A stretch of 64,000 nt of DNA, taken from NCBI GenBank assembly GCA_016776605.1, contig JADHTB010000022.1, positions 714 to 64,713 of the forward strand, in the 5' to 3' direction. Below the pieces are notes generated by a model. It saw only the letters and a program-made list of their open reading frames with translations, was not told the origin of the DNA and ran no database searches. Both the position numbers and the translations under genes were made by a program. Below are positions 39,850-49,569 of the stretch, piece after piece (position 1 is the stretch's first letter; every line of letters starts with the position of its first letter). This stretch comes from Alphaproteobacteria bacterium (lineage in GTDB: Bacteria > Pseudomonadota > Alphaproteobacteria > GCA-2731375).

Positions 39850-41498
39850 GAAGCCGCCGTCTCGCGGTCGCGCAGGGCAAAACGTTGAACCTTGCCCGTG
39901 GCGGTCCGGGGCAGGCCGTCGATGAATTCCACCGCACGGGGATATTTGTAGGGCGCGATGGTCGCCTTCACATGATCCTGCAACGCCTGGACCAGATCGG
40001 GCCCCGCGTGGCCGGGGTCTTGCAGCACGACAAAGGCTTTGACGATCTGGCCGCGCCGGGCATCGGGGCAGCCGATCACCACGCAATCGGCAACGCCCGG
40101 AAATTCCAGCAAAACCGCCTCGATTTCCGGGCCGGAAATATTGTACCCGGCGGAAACAATCAAATCGTCAGTGCGTGACTGATACCAGAAATAGCCGTCT
40201 TCATCCCGTAAATAACTATCGCCGGTCAAATTCCAACCCTGCAACACATAGCTGGCCTGGCGCTCCGGGCTGGCCATATAGCGGCAGCCCGTGGGGCCGC
40301 GTATGGCCAGGCGTCCGATTACGCCGGGGGGCGCCGTGTTGCCGCTCTCATCCAGCACCGTTGCTTCATATCCGGGAACCGTCTGGCCGGTCGCGCCGGG
40401 ACGGATATCGCCGTCCCGGCTGGCAATGAAGTTGTGCAGCGTTTCGGTCGCACCAATGCCGTCATAAATGGTTAAACCTGTCGCCCTGTGCCACGCCTCC
40501 CAGGTCGCCTTTGGCAGTACCTCCCCGGCCGAATTGCATAGCCGCAGGCTGGGCAGGGCGGTCTCGCGCAGCAGTGGTGTCAAGGTACGGTACATGGTGG
40601 GGGCGGTGAACAGCACCGTCACCTTATGTTTGTTGATCGCGGTGATTAGGCTTTCCGGCGTATAGCCTTCCAACAACAGCACCGAGGCACCCGCATACAT
40701 GGGAAACAGCAACAAACCACCCAGGCCATAAGTAAAGGCCAGGGGCGGGGTGCCGGTAAATATATCGTCGGCCCTGGGCCGTATGGTATGCCCGCACGAG
40801 GTCAGGCAGACGGCCATCACATCGCGGTGGAAATGCATGCAGGCCTTGGGCTGGCCCGTAGTGCCGGAGGTAAAGGCGATGATGCAGACATCGTCGGCGG
40901 CAGTATCCACATTGTCGAATGTGTCGGGTTTGCCGGCCATGCGGGCTTCCAGGCCATCCGCTCCCGGGTCATGGAAACAGACGATATCGCGCAGATATTT
41001 GGAATTTGCGCGCGCCTGGTTCAACTCACCCGCCAGCTTGCTGTCGCATAAGGCGACGCTGATCCTGGCGAAGTCGGCCATATAGGACAACTCCCGGGCC
41101 CGCAACAGGGGCATGGAGGCGACGGCGACGGCGCCCACCTTCATCGCCGCGAACCAGCAGGCGGCATACATGGGATTGTTGCCCGAGCGTAACAGCACCC
41201 GGTTGCCAGGCTGGATGCCCAGGTCTTCGGTCAGCACATGGGCGATACGGTTGGCCTGGGCCAACAGCGCGCCATAGCTCCAGGCTACTGCATTATCGCG
41301 CAGGGCCACGCGGTCCGGATGCGCGGCGGCCTTTTTGTCCAACAGTTCCGTGGCGCAGTTGATCCGGTCCGCCAGGGCGGCCAGTTCGGGCAGACGGGTA
41401 TAATCGATCTCGGCCCAGGTTGACTTCGGGGGCAGGTTTTCCGCCGCGAAGTGATCGACATGGGCGGTCTCGCCACCCGGGGCCCATGGTTCAGACAT
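39846..41498 (-). CDS. AMP-dependent acyl-CoA ligase (aryl/2-aminobenzoate-CoA ligase-like)
   Basis: 550 aa. IIAFTSGTTGQPKACMH P-loop, YDGIGATE, SGDSYLRDEDGYFWYQSRTDDLI, TATGKVQRF. Confidence 0.85.
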   Translation of the reverse strand: MSEPWAPGGETAHVDHFAAENLPPKSTWAEIDYTRLPELAALADRINCATELLDKKAAAHPDRVALRDNAVAWSYGALLAQANRIAHVLTEDLGIQPGNRVLLRSGNNPMYAACWFAAMKVGAVAVASMPLLRARELSYMADFARISVALCDSKLAGELNQARANSKYLRDIVCFHDPGADGLEARMAGKPDTFDNVDTAADDVCIIAFTSGTTGQPKACMHFHRDVMAVCLTSCGHTIRPRADDIFTGTPPLAFTYGLGGLLLFPMYAGASVLLLEGYTPESLITAINKHKVTVLFTAPTMYRTLTPLLRETALPSLRLCNSAGEVLPKATWEAWHRATGLTIYDGIGATETLHNFIASRDGDIRPGATGQTVPGYEATVLDESGNTAPPGVIGRLAIRGPTGCRYMASPERQASYVLQGWNLTGDSYLRDEDGYFWYQSRTDDLIVSAGYNISGPEIEAVLLEFPGVADCVVIGCPDARRGQIVKAFVVLQDPGHAGPDLVQALQDHVKATIAPYKYPRAVEFIDGLPRTATGKVQRFALRDRETAAS

Positions 41499-41589
41499 TG
41501 TAGCAATTGTCCTTGCTTATGGTTCCCCTGCTATTCACCCCCTATGTTCCGCCATTGCCATTGCGATAGCAATGGTTTCCAGGCGCGGC

Positions 41590-42432
41590 CTACATCACCT
41601 CGCCGCCGGCGACGGCGATGGCCTGACCGGTAATGGCGGCTGATGACGGCAGGCACAGCCAGCCAACCGCCGCGGCGACCTCGTCAGGCTGGATTAACCG
41701 GCCCTGGGGGTTGCCACGGGTCAGAACGGCCCGGGCCTCCGCCTCGGATTTTCCCGATTGCTGAATATTGGCAATGGCGTTCCGCGCCATCTCGGTCTCG
41801 GTATAGCCGGGGCAGACCGCGTTGACGGTGATTGGACCCTTGGCCAGTTCCAGGGCCAGGGCGCGGGTCAGGCCGATCAGGGCATGTTTGGAGGCCACAT
41901 AGGCGGCCACGTAGGGATAGCCGCGCAGCCCGGCGGTGGAGGCTAGATTGACCATCCGGCCAAAGCCCAGATCCTGCATGTCATCCTGCACTGCCTGGCA
42001 CAACAAAAAGGCCGCCTGCACATTGATGTCAAAAGTCTCGCGCCAGCATTCCAGGGCAAGCTTGGCCAGGGGTGCTGCGGGGGCCACGCCGGCATTGTTG
42101 ATCAGGATAGCGATCGGACCCTGGCTATCCCGCGCCGCCGCCACGCCTTGCGCGATGGAGTCCGGATCGCGCAGGTCCATGCGATGAGTGGCAACGGCGA
42201 TGTCACCGCGCTGGGACAAGGCCTCCCGCTGCGTTTCAAGGGCCGCCTCATCCCGCGCCACCAGGGTAATGTTGGCGCCCAGATCCGCCAATTCCGTCGC
42301 GATCGCGGCGCCGATGCCCCGATTGCCGCCGGTGATCAGGGCGTGCCGCCCCGCCAGCGGGCGCGGCAAAGGCGTCGCCTCGTCCATGGATGTCGGGGAT
42401 TTCGGGGATTTCGTGGCTTTTGCTGTTTGCAT
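41590..42432 (-). CDS. SDR-family oxidoreductase
   Basis: 280 aa. ALITGGNRGIGAAIA Rossmann motif, NNAG, YVASKHAL catalytic YxxxK. Confidence 0.85.
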   Translation of the reverse strand: MQTAKATKSPKSPTSMDEATPLPRPLAGRHALITGGNRGIGAAIATELADLGANITLVARDEAALETQREALSQRGDIAVATHRMDLRDPDSIAQGVAAARDSQGPIAILINNAGVAPAAPLAKLALECWRETFDINVQAAFLLCQAVQDDMQDLGFGRMVNLASTAGLRGYPYVAAYVASKHALIGLTRALALELAKGPITVNAVCPGYTETEMARNAIANIQQSGKSEAEARAVLTRGNPQGRLIQPDEVAAAVGWLCLPSSAAITGQAIAVAGGEVM

Positions 42433-42541
42433 GCACCATCCATATATTTGTTTTACGGGTAAATAAAGCCGGAAACCCGGACCGGCGTATGCGGCCCGTC
42501 CGGCGTGTTATAGTCGCCTCGGTCTTTGAGGAAACTGAACC

Positions 42542-43969
42542 ATGAGCATTGCGGATATTACCGCCGGGAAAAGCCAGGTGGGCAGCGACGGATTGCGGGC
42601 GCAATTGGACGCCATGCAAGCGGCCAATCAGCGCGATGGCGCCCCGGACCGGGCGCGGCGCCTGGATTGGCTGGGCCGGATCGGGGCAATGGTAAAGCAA
42701 CACCAGGCCGCCATTATCGCGGCGGTGGATGCGGATTTCGGTGGCAGATCGCGGCAAGAGACCCTGTTGGCGGAAATTTTCACCACCCTGTCCAGCATCC
42801 GCCATGCCAAGGGCCAGTTGGCGAAATGGATGCACCCGCGCCGCCGCGCCATGGATCTTTCCTTTCTGCCGGCCCGCGCCCGCCTGCTGCCTCAGCCCCT
42901 GGGCGTGGTAGGGGTTATTTCGCCGTGGAACTATCCCCTGTTCCTGGCGCTGTCGCCCCTGGTCGGCGCTGTGGCGGCCGGCAACCGGGCCATGGTGAAG
43001 CCGTCCGAATTCACCCCACGGACATCCGCCTTGCTGGCTGAAATGATGGCGCAGTATTTTGCCGCCGACGAGGTCGCCGTGGTTCAAGGCGGGCGGGAGG
43101 TGGGGGCGGCGTTCGCCAATCTGCCGTTTGATCATTTGCTGTATACGGGATCGACCAATGTGGGCCGCAAGGTGATGGCGGCGGCGGCGGCGAACCTGAC
43201 CCCGGTGACCTTGGAACTGGGCGGGAAATCGCCGGCCATTATCGGCCCCGAAGCCGCCATGGACGCGGCGGTGACATCAATTGTCCGGGGCAAGTTGTTT
43301 AACGCCGGGCAAACCTGTGTGGCGCCCGACTATGTGCTGGTGCCGAAAGACCAGGTTGGCGTCTTTGTCGAAAAGGCATTGGCCGTGGCGGCGAAATTTT
43401 ATCCCAACGTGGCCGACAATTCTGATTACAGCGCGATCATCAACCAGGCTCAATACGACCGCCTGCGGGCCATGGTGGCGGAGGCCGAGGCGCAGGGCGC
43501 CCAGGCGCTGGCGGCGGGCAGCGGCGGGGGCCGGAAAATGCCCCTGACCATGCTGTTGGAAACCAAGGACAGCATGGCGGTGCGGCGGCAGGAGATCTTC
43601 GGGCCGTTGCTGCCGGTAATTCCCTATGAAGATCTGGGCGCGGCCATCGCCCATGTAAATGGCGGCGACCGGCCGTTGGCTCTTTATGTCTATGATCGGA
43701 ACCGGGGCAATGTTGACCGGGTGCTGGCGGAAACAATTTCCGGCGGCGCCATGGTCAACGATTGTCTGTTGCATGCCGGCGTCGAAAATCTGCCGTTTGG
43801 CGGCGTTGGGGCATCGGGTATGGGGCAATACCATGGCCGCGATGGTTTCGAGACTTTTTCCAGGTTGAAACCGGTCATGTATCAGAGCCGTCTGAACGGC
43901 ATCTGGCTGCTGCACCCGCCATATGGCGCCCGGGCCAAGGCTATGATCAAACTGCTGCTGAAGCGGTAA
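42542..43969 (+). CDS. NAD(P)-dependent aldehyde dehydrogenase (coniferyl-aldehyde DH-like family)
   Basis: 475 aa. ISPWNYPL, LELGGKSP, FNAGQTCVAPDY (catalytic Cys), EEIFGPLLPV. Confidence 0.88.
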   Translation: MSIADITAGKSQVGSDGLRAQLDAMQAANQRDGAPDRARRLDWLGRIGAMVKQHQAAIIAAVDADFGGRSRQETLLAEIFTTLSSIRHAKGQLAKWMHPRRRAMDLSFLPARARLLPQPLGVVGVISPWNYPLFLALSPLVGAVAAGNRAMVKPSEFTPRTSALLAEMMAQYFAADEVAVVQGGREVGAAFANLPFDHLLYTGSTNVGRKVMAAAAANLTPVTLELGGKSPAIIGPEAAMDAAVTSIVRGKLFNAGQTCVAPDYVLVPKDQVGVFVEKALAVAAKFYPNVADNSDYSAIINQAQYDRLRAMVAEAEAQGAQALAAGSGGGRKMPLTMLLETKDSMAVRRQEIFGPLLPVIPYEDLGAAIAHVNGGDRPLALYVYDRNRGNVDRVLAETISGGAMVNDCLLHAGVENLPFGGVGASGMGQYHGRDGFETFSRLKPVMYQSRLNGIWLLHPPYGARAKAMIKLLLKR

Positions 43970-43991
43970 GTTTGCTTTATTCCCAAATGAT

Positions 43992-44939
43992 TTAGTCGGA
44001 CAGCGCCTGTTTCAGAACCGCGCCGCAATGCGCCACTGCTTCCCGGCAGGCAGCGGACGTGCCGTGAAACTGAATAAAGGCATGCACGGCGCCTTCATAA
44101 TTGACCAGATTTACCGGCACGCCGGCGGCGGCCAGGGTTTTTGCATACGCCATGCCCTCGTCGCGCAAAGGGTCATAACCGGCGACGATAATTTCTGCCG
44201 GCGCCAGGTTGCCATGATCGCTGGCGATCAAGGGGGCAAAGTTGGGCTCAGCGGTTAAATCACGGCTGCCGTAATACTGCTCCATGAACCAGTCCATGTT
44301 GTCCCGGGTCAGCAAATGACCTTCACCAAACGCCGCATGGCTGGGGCTGTCCATGGACGGGGCGACGGCTGGATAAATCAGCAATTGCAGGCTCAATTCC
44401 GGACCGCCATTGTCGCGGGCGTGCAGGGCGCAAACGGCGGATAGATTGCCGCCCGCACTGTCGCCGCCAATCGCCAGGCGCCGGCTGTCGCCGCCCAATT
44501 CGGCCGCGTTCGCGGCGCACCATTGCATGGCGGCGATGCAATCTTCACCACTGGCGGGAAAGGGGTGCTCGGGCGCCAGGCGGTAATCCACCGATACCAC
44601 GATACAGTCGCCACCATTGCACAGGCGCCGGCACAAGGGATCGTGGGTGTCGAGATCCCCGATCACGAAGCCGCCGCCATGCAGAAAAATGAAAACGCCC
44701 AGGCTTTCCCCCGGCGCTATTTCGCGCGGCCAATAGATGCGGACGGGTATCTCGCCCGCCGGCCCCGGAATGGCGCGGTCCTCTGTGCGGTGGATCGGTT
44801 CCTCTTCCGGGTCAAGCAGGCTGACCATCGCCTGATATCCCGCCCGCGCCTCGGCCACGGATACCTCGCGATAGGGCAGCCGGCCCGCGGCCTTGATCAT
44901 ATCCAGGATGTTTTGCAGATCGGCATCTACCGCCATCAA
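43992..44939 (-). CDS. Alpha/beta hydrolase, HSL-type esterase/lipase
   Basis: 315 aa. FLHGGGFVIGD oxyanion motif, GDSAGGNL nucleophile elbow, DPLRDEG. Confidence 0.88.
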   Translation of the reverse strand: MMAVDADLQNILDMIKAAGRLPYREVSVAEARAGYQAMVSLLDPEEEPIHRTEDRAIPGPAGEIPVRIYWPREIAPGESLGVFIFLHGGGFVIGDLDTHDPLCRRLCNGGDCIVVSVDYRLAPEHPFPASGEDCIAAMQWCAANAAELGGDSRRLAIGGDSAGGNLSAVCALHARDNGGPELSLQLLIYPAVAPSMDSPSHAAFGEGHLLTRDNMDWFMEQYYGSRDLTAEPNFAPLIASDHGNLAPAEIIVAGYDPLRDEGMAYAKTLAAAGVPVNLVNYEGAVHAFIQFHGTSAACREAVAHCGAVLKQALSD

Positions 44940-44987
44940 TTACGCTCCCATGCCACGCGTGTATATTTTGCTTCCGCCCGTCAGGCG

Positions 44988-46310
44988 TCATCCGCCCAGC
45001 AGGCTGCCCCGGCTGATCATGAACTCGTCCATGGCCGCTTCCAGGGCGGCAAAGGCGTCTTCCCCGTGCGCCAGGGACAGGGTGAACATGCCGCGGGCGG
45101 CGGGATAGATGCCCTGAGCCACCAGATCCATGTGCAACAGGGGGCGCAGTTCGTTCCGCCCGGCCATGGCGTCTTCGACATTGCGGATCTGGCCCCGTTG
45201 GAAATGCACCGCCATCATGCTGCCACGTCCGATAAACTGCATCGCCGCGCCATGCTTATCGGCCAGGGCATTCAATGCCTGACGCAGGATATCGCCACGG
45301 GCATTGAAACTTTCCGCGACGTCCGGGGTATAAATCTGGCTCAGACCGGCCAGACCGGCATTCATGGTCAGGACGTTGTTATTGAAGGTGCCCGCATGCG
45401 GCCAGGCATCCTGGCGGCGTGGGTCGAAGCGATCGATAATGTCGGCCCGGCCGCCAAAGGCGCCAAAGGACATGCCCCCACCAACGTATTTACCCAATGA
45501 TGTCAGGTCCGGCATGACCCCGGTCAGTCCTTGCAGACCGCCCGGCCCCAGGCGTGAGGTCATGACCTCGTCAAAAATCAATAAAGCGCCGCCTCTTTCG
45601 GTTTCCTCGCGCAGCATGGCCAGGAATTCCGGCGTACCCTGGATACAACCGCCGCCGCCCTGCATGGGTTCGACAATGACACAGGCCAAATCCGCTCCCT
45701 GCTCGCGGATCAGGGCCCGGCAGCCATCGACATCGTTGTAGCTGCCCATGACATAAGGAAACGGTGCGTTCAGGGGCGAGCCGCCCGGCGCGAAATAAAA
45801 CACGCTGCCGTGATAGCCCCCCGACATCACCATGACGCCGGGCCGTTTGGTAAAGGCCCGGGCGGCGGACACGGCCATCATATTGGCTTCGGTGCCGGAG
45901 TTGGTGAAGCGAACCCGTTCAATGGCGGGAAACCGCTCAACGATGGCGCCGGCCAGACCGGCTTCGGCCTGGTTCTGCCCGCCCATGACGATGCCGTTAT
46001 CCAGGGCGCGGTCGATCGCGGCGCGAATGATGGGGTTGGAATGGCCGTACAGCCCGGCGGTATATTCGCCCAGGAAATCGATATATTGATGGCCGTCCAG
46101 ATCCCACAGATGACAGCCTTCGCCCTTGGTGATGGTCAGGGGAAAGGGTGGGTAGAACAGCACCGTTCGGGTATTGCCGCCCGGCAGTACCTTGGACGCT
46201 TTTTCCAACTGGGCCTGGCTGTTTGGATTGGCGGTGGCGAAGCGCGCCTGCGCTTCAGCGATGGCCGAGGCGACGTCGGTATTGGCGGCGGCGTTGCTGG
46301 GAGCGCTCAT
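44988..46310 (-). CDS. Class-III (PLP) aminotransferase, glutamate-1-semialdehyde aminomutase-like
   Basis: 440 aa. FTNSGTEANMMA, LIFDEVMTSR, SLGKYVGGGMSFGAFGG (Lys for PLP). GGAGG RBS. Confidence 0.85.
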   Translation of the reverse strand: MSAPSNAAANTDVASAIAEAQARFATANPNSQAQLEKASKVLPGGNTRTVLFYPPFPLTITKGEGCHLWDLDGHQYIDFLGEYTAGLYGHSNPIIRAAIDRALDNGIVMGGQNQAEAGLAGAIVERFPAIERVRFTNSGTEANMMAVSAARAFTKRPGVMVMSGGYHGSVFYFAPGGSPLNAPFPYVMGSYNDVDGCRALIREQGADLACVIVEPMQGGGGCIQGTPEFLAMLREETERGGALLIFDEVMTSRLGPGGLQGLTGVMPDLTSLGKYVGGGMSFGAFGGRADIIDRFDPRRQDAWPHAGTFNNNVLTMNAGLAGLSQIYTPDVAESFNARGDILRQALNALADKHGAAMQFIGRGSMMAVHFQRGQIRNVEDAMAGRNELRPLLHMDLVAQGIYPAARGMFTLSLAHGEDAFAALEAAMDEFMISRGSLLGG

Positions 46311-46321
46311 TTAGGCCTCCG

Positions 46322-46564
46322 TCAGGCGAAGGTTTTGAAAGTGATTAAGGTGAAGGTGTCTTTCACGCCGGGCAGGGTTTGAATAGTCTCGGTGACGAAA
46401 TGCCCAATGTCGGCGCCATCATCCAGATAACATTTCATCATCAGGTCGTATTGACCTGAAATGGAATGCACCTCGGATATCATATCCGTGCTTTCCACCG
46501 CGGCCGAGGCAACCTTATAGGTTTCGCCTAATTCGCACTTGGCCATCACGAAAATGGTTTGCAT
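46322..46564 (-). CDS. Stand-alone Lrp/AsnC ligand-binding (RAM) domain protein
   Basis: 80 aa. EVHSISGQYDLMMKCY...DTFTLI pattern. It lies 11 nt upstream of the aminotransferase. Confidence 0.7.
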   Translation of the reverse strand: MQTIFVMAKCELGETYKVASAAVESTDMISEVHSISGQYDLMMKCYLDDGADIGHFVTETIQTLPGVKDTFTLITFKTFA

Positions 46565-46590
46565 GGCCCATTCTCCCTAATTGCGGGTCT

Positions 46591-48246
46591 TTATTTACCG
46601 GTCCCTTTTTTGCCTGTGCCGCCACGTGCCAGAAAGGCTGGCATGTGGTCGCCCAGACCAACGACGGGCCGGTCGCCACCTTCGCGGTTGCCGCCACGAT
46701 TGCCATCCTGGCGGCCTTCGCCCGGCTTGCGCTTGCCACGGCCCGGGCTGGCGCTTTTTTCGCCACCCCTGCCGCCGGCCGTTTTCGCCTCGGTGGGGGC
46801 ATCCTTGGTGTCCGTTTTTGCACCCCGGCCCCGGCCGCCGCGTCCACGGTTGCGCTGGCGGCCTTCGCGTCTGGGTTTTTCCTGCTCTTGCGGGGCGGCT
46901 GTCTCGGTGGCTTCCACCTGCGCTACGACCCGTGTTTCGACCAGGGCCTCAGGTGCCGCCTCGACCACGGCTTCCGGTGCTGCCGCGGGCGCCGCATCAG
47001 ATGTTGCAGCCGGCATGGCTTCGGGCGTTACAGCCGGCACGGCTTCGGCGCTTGTGGCCGCTTCGTCGACGGCAGGCGCCTCCGCCTGGCCGGGGATGCC
47101 ATTCTCGTAACCAGGGCCTGATGTTGCCTGCCCATCGGGGTCGAAGCGGGGAATGGGTTTGCCAATCAGCTTTTCTACCGCCGCGAGGTATTTTCTATCC
47201 TCCGAAGTAGCCAGCGTCAGGGCGCGCCCCGGCATGCCTGCCCGGCCGGTGCGTCCGATCCGATGCACATAGTCATCGGCGTGGATTGGCACGTCATAAA
47301 GGAAAACATGGCTCAACCCCTGGATATCCAGACCGCGCGCGGCCACGTCGCTGCAGACCAGGATTTTCACCTCGTTATTGCGGAATTTCTCCAGGGTCTG
47401 TGTGCGGTAACTCTGCTGCATGTCGCCATGCAGGGCCAGGGCATCGAAGCCTTTACCCTTCAGCAATTTGCTGACCGCGTCCACGTCCCGCTTTCGATTG
47501 CAGAAGATCAGGGCGTTTTTTACCGGCTGCGAGCGTAACAAGGATTGCAAAACCCGGTCTTTATCTCTGGGTTGGACCATGGTCAGGGTTTGATCCACGG
47601 TTTCGGCCGGCGAGGCGGGCGGCGCAACGGAAATTTCCGTCGGGTCGTTCAGGAATGCATCCGCCAGGCGGCGAATTTCAGGCGGCATGGTGGCCGAGAA
47701 AAACAGGGTTTGCCGCTTTGGATTGCACAGTTGCACGATGCGCTCTACATCCGGAATGAAGCCCATATCCAACATCCGGTCGGCCTCGTCGATAACCAGC
47801 ACATCGACGCCGCGCAGCAACAAGCCGCCGCGTTCAAAGTGATCCAACAGGCGTCCCGGCGTAGCGATCAGCACGTCGGCGCCGCGGTCGATGATCTTGC
47901 TTTGATCCACAAAGGATACGCCACCGATCAACAGGGCCATGTTCAGCTTGTGATATTTGCCATAGACCTCGAAATTTTCGGCCACTTGGGCGGCCAATTC
48001 CCGGGTCGGTTCCAGGATCAGCGAGCGCGGCATCCGCGCTCTGGCCCGGCCCTGGGCCAAGATATCGATCATCGGCAGGGTAAAGCCAGCGGTCTTGCCG
48101 GTGCCTGTCTGGGCGCAACCCAGGACGTCGCGTCCTTGCAGGACATAGGGAATGGCGCGGCGTTGAATGGGCGTCGGTTCGCTGTAGCCAGCGTCTGCGA
48201 CGGCTTTGAGAATTGAAGTACTAAGACCAAGTTCTTCGAAGGGCAT
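46591..48246 (-). CDS. rhlE: DEAD-box ATP-dependent RNA helicase with an Arg/Gly-rich C-terminal tail
   Basis: 551 aa. Q-motif, AQTGTGKT, VIDEADRMLDMGF, SAT, HRIGRTGRAG. The tail is RREGRQRNRGRGGRGRG... Confidence 0.88.
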   Translation of the reverse strand: MPFEELGLSTSILKAVADAGYSEPTPIQRRAIPYVLQGRDVLGCAQTGTGKTAGFTLPMIDILAQGRARARMPRSLILEPTRELAAQVAENFEVYGKYHKLNMALLIGGVSFVDQSKIIDRGADVLIATPGRLLDHFERGGLLLRGVDVLVIDEADRMLDMGFIPDVERIVQLCNPKRQTLFFSATMPPEIRRLADAFLNDPTEISVAPPASPAETVDQTLTMVQPRDKDRVLQSLLRSQPVKNALIFCNRKRDVDAVSKLLKGKGFDALALHGDMQQSYRTQTLEKFRNNEVKILVCSDVAARGLDIQGLSHVFLYDVPIHADDYVHRIGRTGRAGMPGRALTLATSEDRKYLAAVEKLIGKPIPRFDPDGQATSGPGYENGIPGQAEAPAVDEAATSAEAVPAVTPEAMPAATSDAAPAAAPEAVVEAAPEALVETRVVAQVEATETAAPQEQEKPRREGRQRNRGRGGRGRGAKTDTKDAPTEAKTAGGRGGEKSASPGRGKRKPGEGRQDGNRGGNREGGDRPVVGLGDHMPAFLARGGTGKKGTGK

Positions 48247-48614
48247 GAAATTCCGTTACTGCAGTTATTTTCTGTAATTATTTTTCCGCGATTATTTATT
48301 GCAATTTCCTGGGGCAAACTGCGCGTATAGCGGAAAAACCAGTACACGAGCTTCAGGATGGCAATTCCGAGTTCGCTGCAAAGCGACATAATCGCTTGCC
48401 GCCGTCATGTCAACGGTGCAATGAGTTTAAGGGGGATTTCCGCGCGGAAACCTCGCGCTGGCGGTGCCGGCGTGGTAAATCTGCATCGCTTTCATGGGAC
48501 AGGCTGCTAGGTAATGTTGTTGCAGGTAGGGCAATACAAAAATGCTGATAATCTATCTGCGGGGGCGGTTGTCGCCATCCCTGCAACAAAAACACATGCG
48601 CGAGGGATAAAACG

Positions 48615-49538
48615 ATGAGAATCGCAATCAACGGTCAACAGGCTTTCGGCAAAAGCGTCCTCGAGGCGCTTTTGGAACGGGGCGATGACGTCATCGCCGT
48701 TTATTGCGAGCCGGACCGCGAAGGCGGGCGGCCGGATCCCATCAAACAGGTGGCGGTGGAGCGGGGCCTGCCGGTCTATCAGCCGGCCTCGTTCAAGAAG
48801 CCCGAGGTCTGGGCCGAGTTCGCGGCGTTGAAACCCGACCTGTGCGTCATGGCTTATGTCACCAAGATCGTGCCTGAGGAATTCCTGAACACCCCGACCC
48901 ATGGCACCATTCAATATCATCCCTCGCTCTTGCCAAGGCATCGTGGCCCAAGTTCGATCAATTGGCCCATCATCCAGGGCGCGGCCAAGACTGGTTTGAC
49001 CATCTTCTGGCCCGATAATGGCCTCGATACCGGTCCGATCCTGTTGCAAAAGGAAGTCGAGATCACGGCCGTGGACACCCTCGGCAGCATCTATTTCGAC
49101 CGGCTGTTTCCCATGGGAGTCGCGGCGATGTTGGAGGGGGTTGATCTGGTCAAGGCCGGCAAGGCGCCAAAGATCATCCAGAGCGAAGCCCATGCCACCT
49201 ATGAAAGTTGGTGCACGGCGGACGACGTCGCCATTGATTGGAGCCAGCCGGCGGCCACGGTCCACAACCTGATCCGGGGGGCCGACCCGCAACCGGGCGC
49301 CTGGACCTCGCATGACGGCAAGCGCCTGCAAATTTACGACTGCGCCCGCGTCGATGGCGCCGGGGGCACGCCCGAGGGCACGCCTGGCGAGATCATGGCG
49401 ATTGGCGGCGAGGGCTTTGAGGTCGCGGCGGGCGATGGCCGTATTCTGGTGAAGCGCGTGCGCGGCGAGGGGCAAAAGCTATCCGCCGCCGATTATGCCG
49501 CCGCGACCGGGCTCGGCATCGGCATGCGCCTGGGTTAG
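48615..49538 (+). CDS. Formyltransferase-family protein (10-formyl-THF dehydrogenase N-terminal-like / Fmt-like)
   Basis: 307 aa. IQYHPSLLPRHRGPSSINWPIIQGAAKTGLTIFWPDNGLDTGPILLQKE. GAGGGA RBS. Confidence 0.8.
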   Translation: MRIAINGQQAFGKSVLEALLERGDDVIAVYCEPDREGGRPDPIKQVAVERGLPVYQPASFKKPEVWAEFAALKPDLCVMAYVTKIVPEEFLNTPTHGTIQYHPSLLPRHRGPSSINWPIIQGAAKTGLTIFWPDNGLDTGPILLQKEVEITAVDTLGSIYFDRLFPMGVAAMLEGVDLVKAGKAPKIIQSEAHATYESWCTADDVAIDWSQPAATVHNLIRGADPQPGAWTSHDGKRLQIYDCARVDGAGGTPEGTPGEIMAIGGEGFEVAAGDGRILVKRVRGEGQKLSAADYAAATGLGIGMRLG

Positions 49539-49569
49539 CGATATTCCTGGACGCGGTGAAAGCGGACCG

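Noticed and set aside
44523-45500. 325-aa plus-strand ORF spanning the esterase/aminotransferase junction
   Set aside because: It crosses an intergenic gap between two well-supported minus-strand genes and has no recognisable motifs. It is a GC-rich antisense artefact.
46559-47210. Three overlapping Pro/Arg/Ala-rich plus-strand ORFs (158-209 aa) opposite the helicase tail
   Set aside because: They mirror the Arg/Gly-rich C-terminal tail of the DEAD-box helicase. Their low-complexity composition is the complement of that tail, and there is no independent support.
48507-49475. 322-aa minus-strand ORF covering the formyltransferase gene
   Set aside because: This is a shadow ORF. The plus-strand frame has an unmistakable formyltransferase signature (HPSLLPRHRGPSSINW), and the antisense product is low-complexity.
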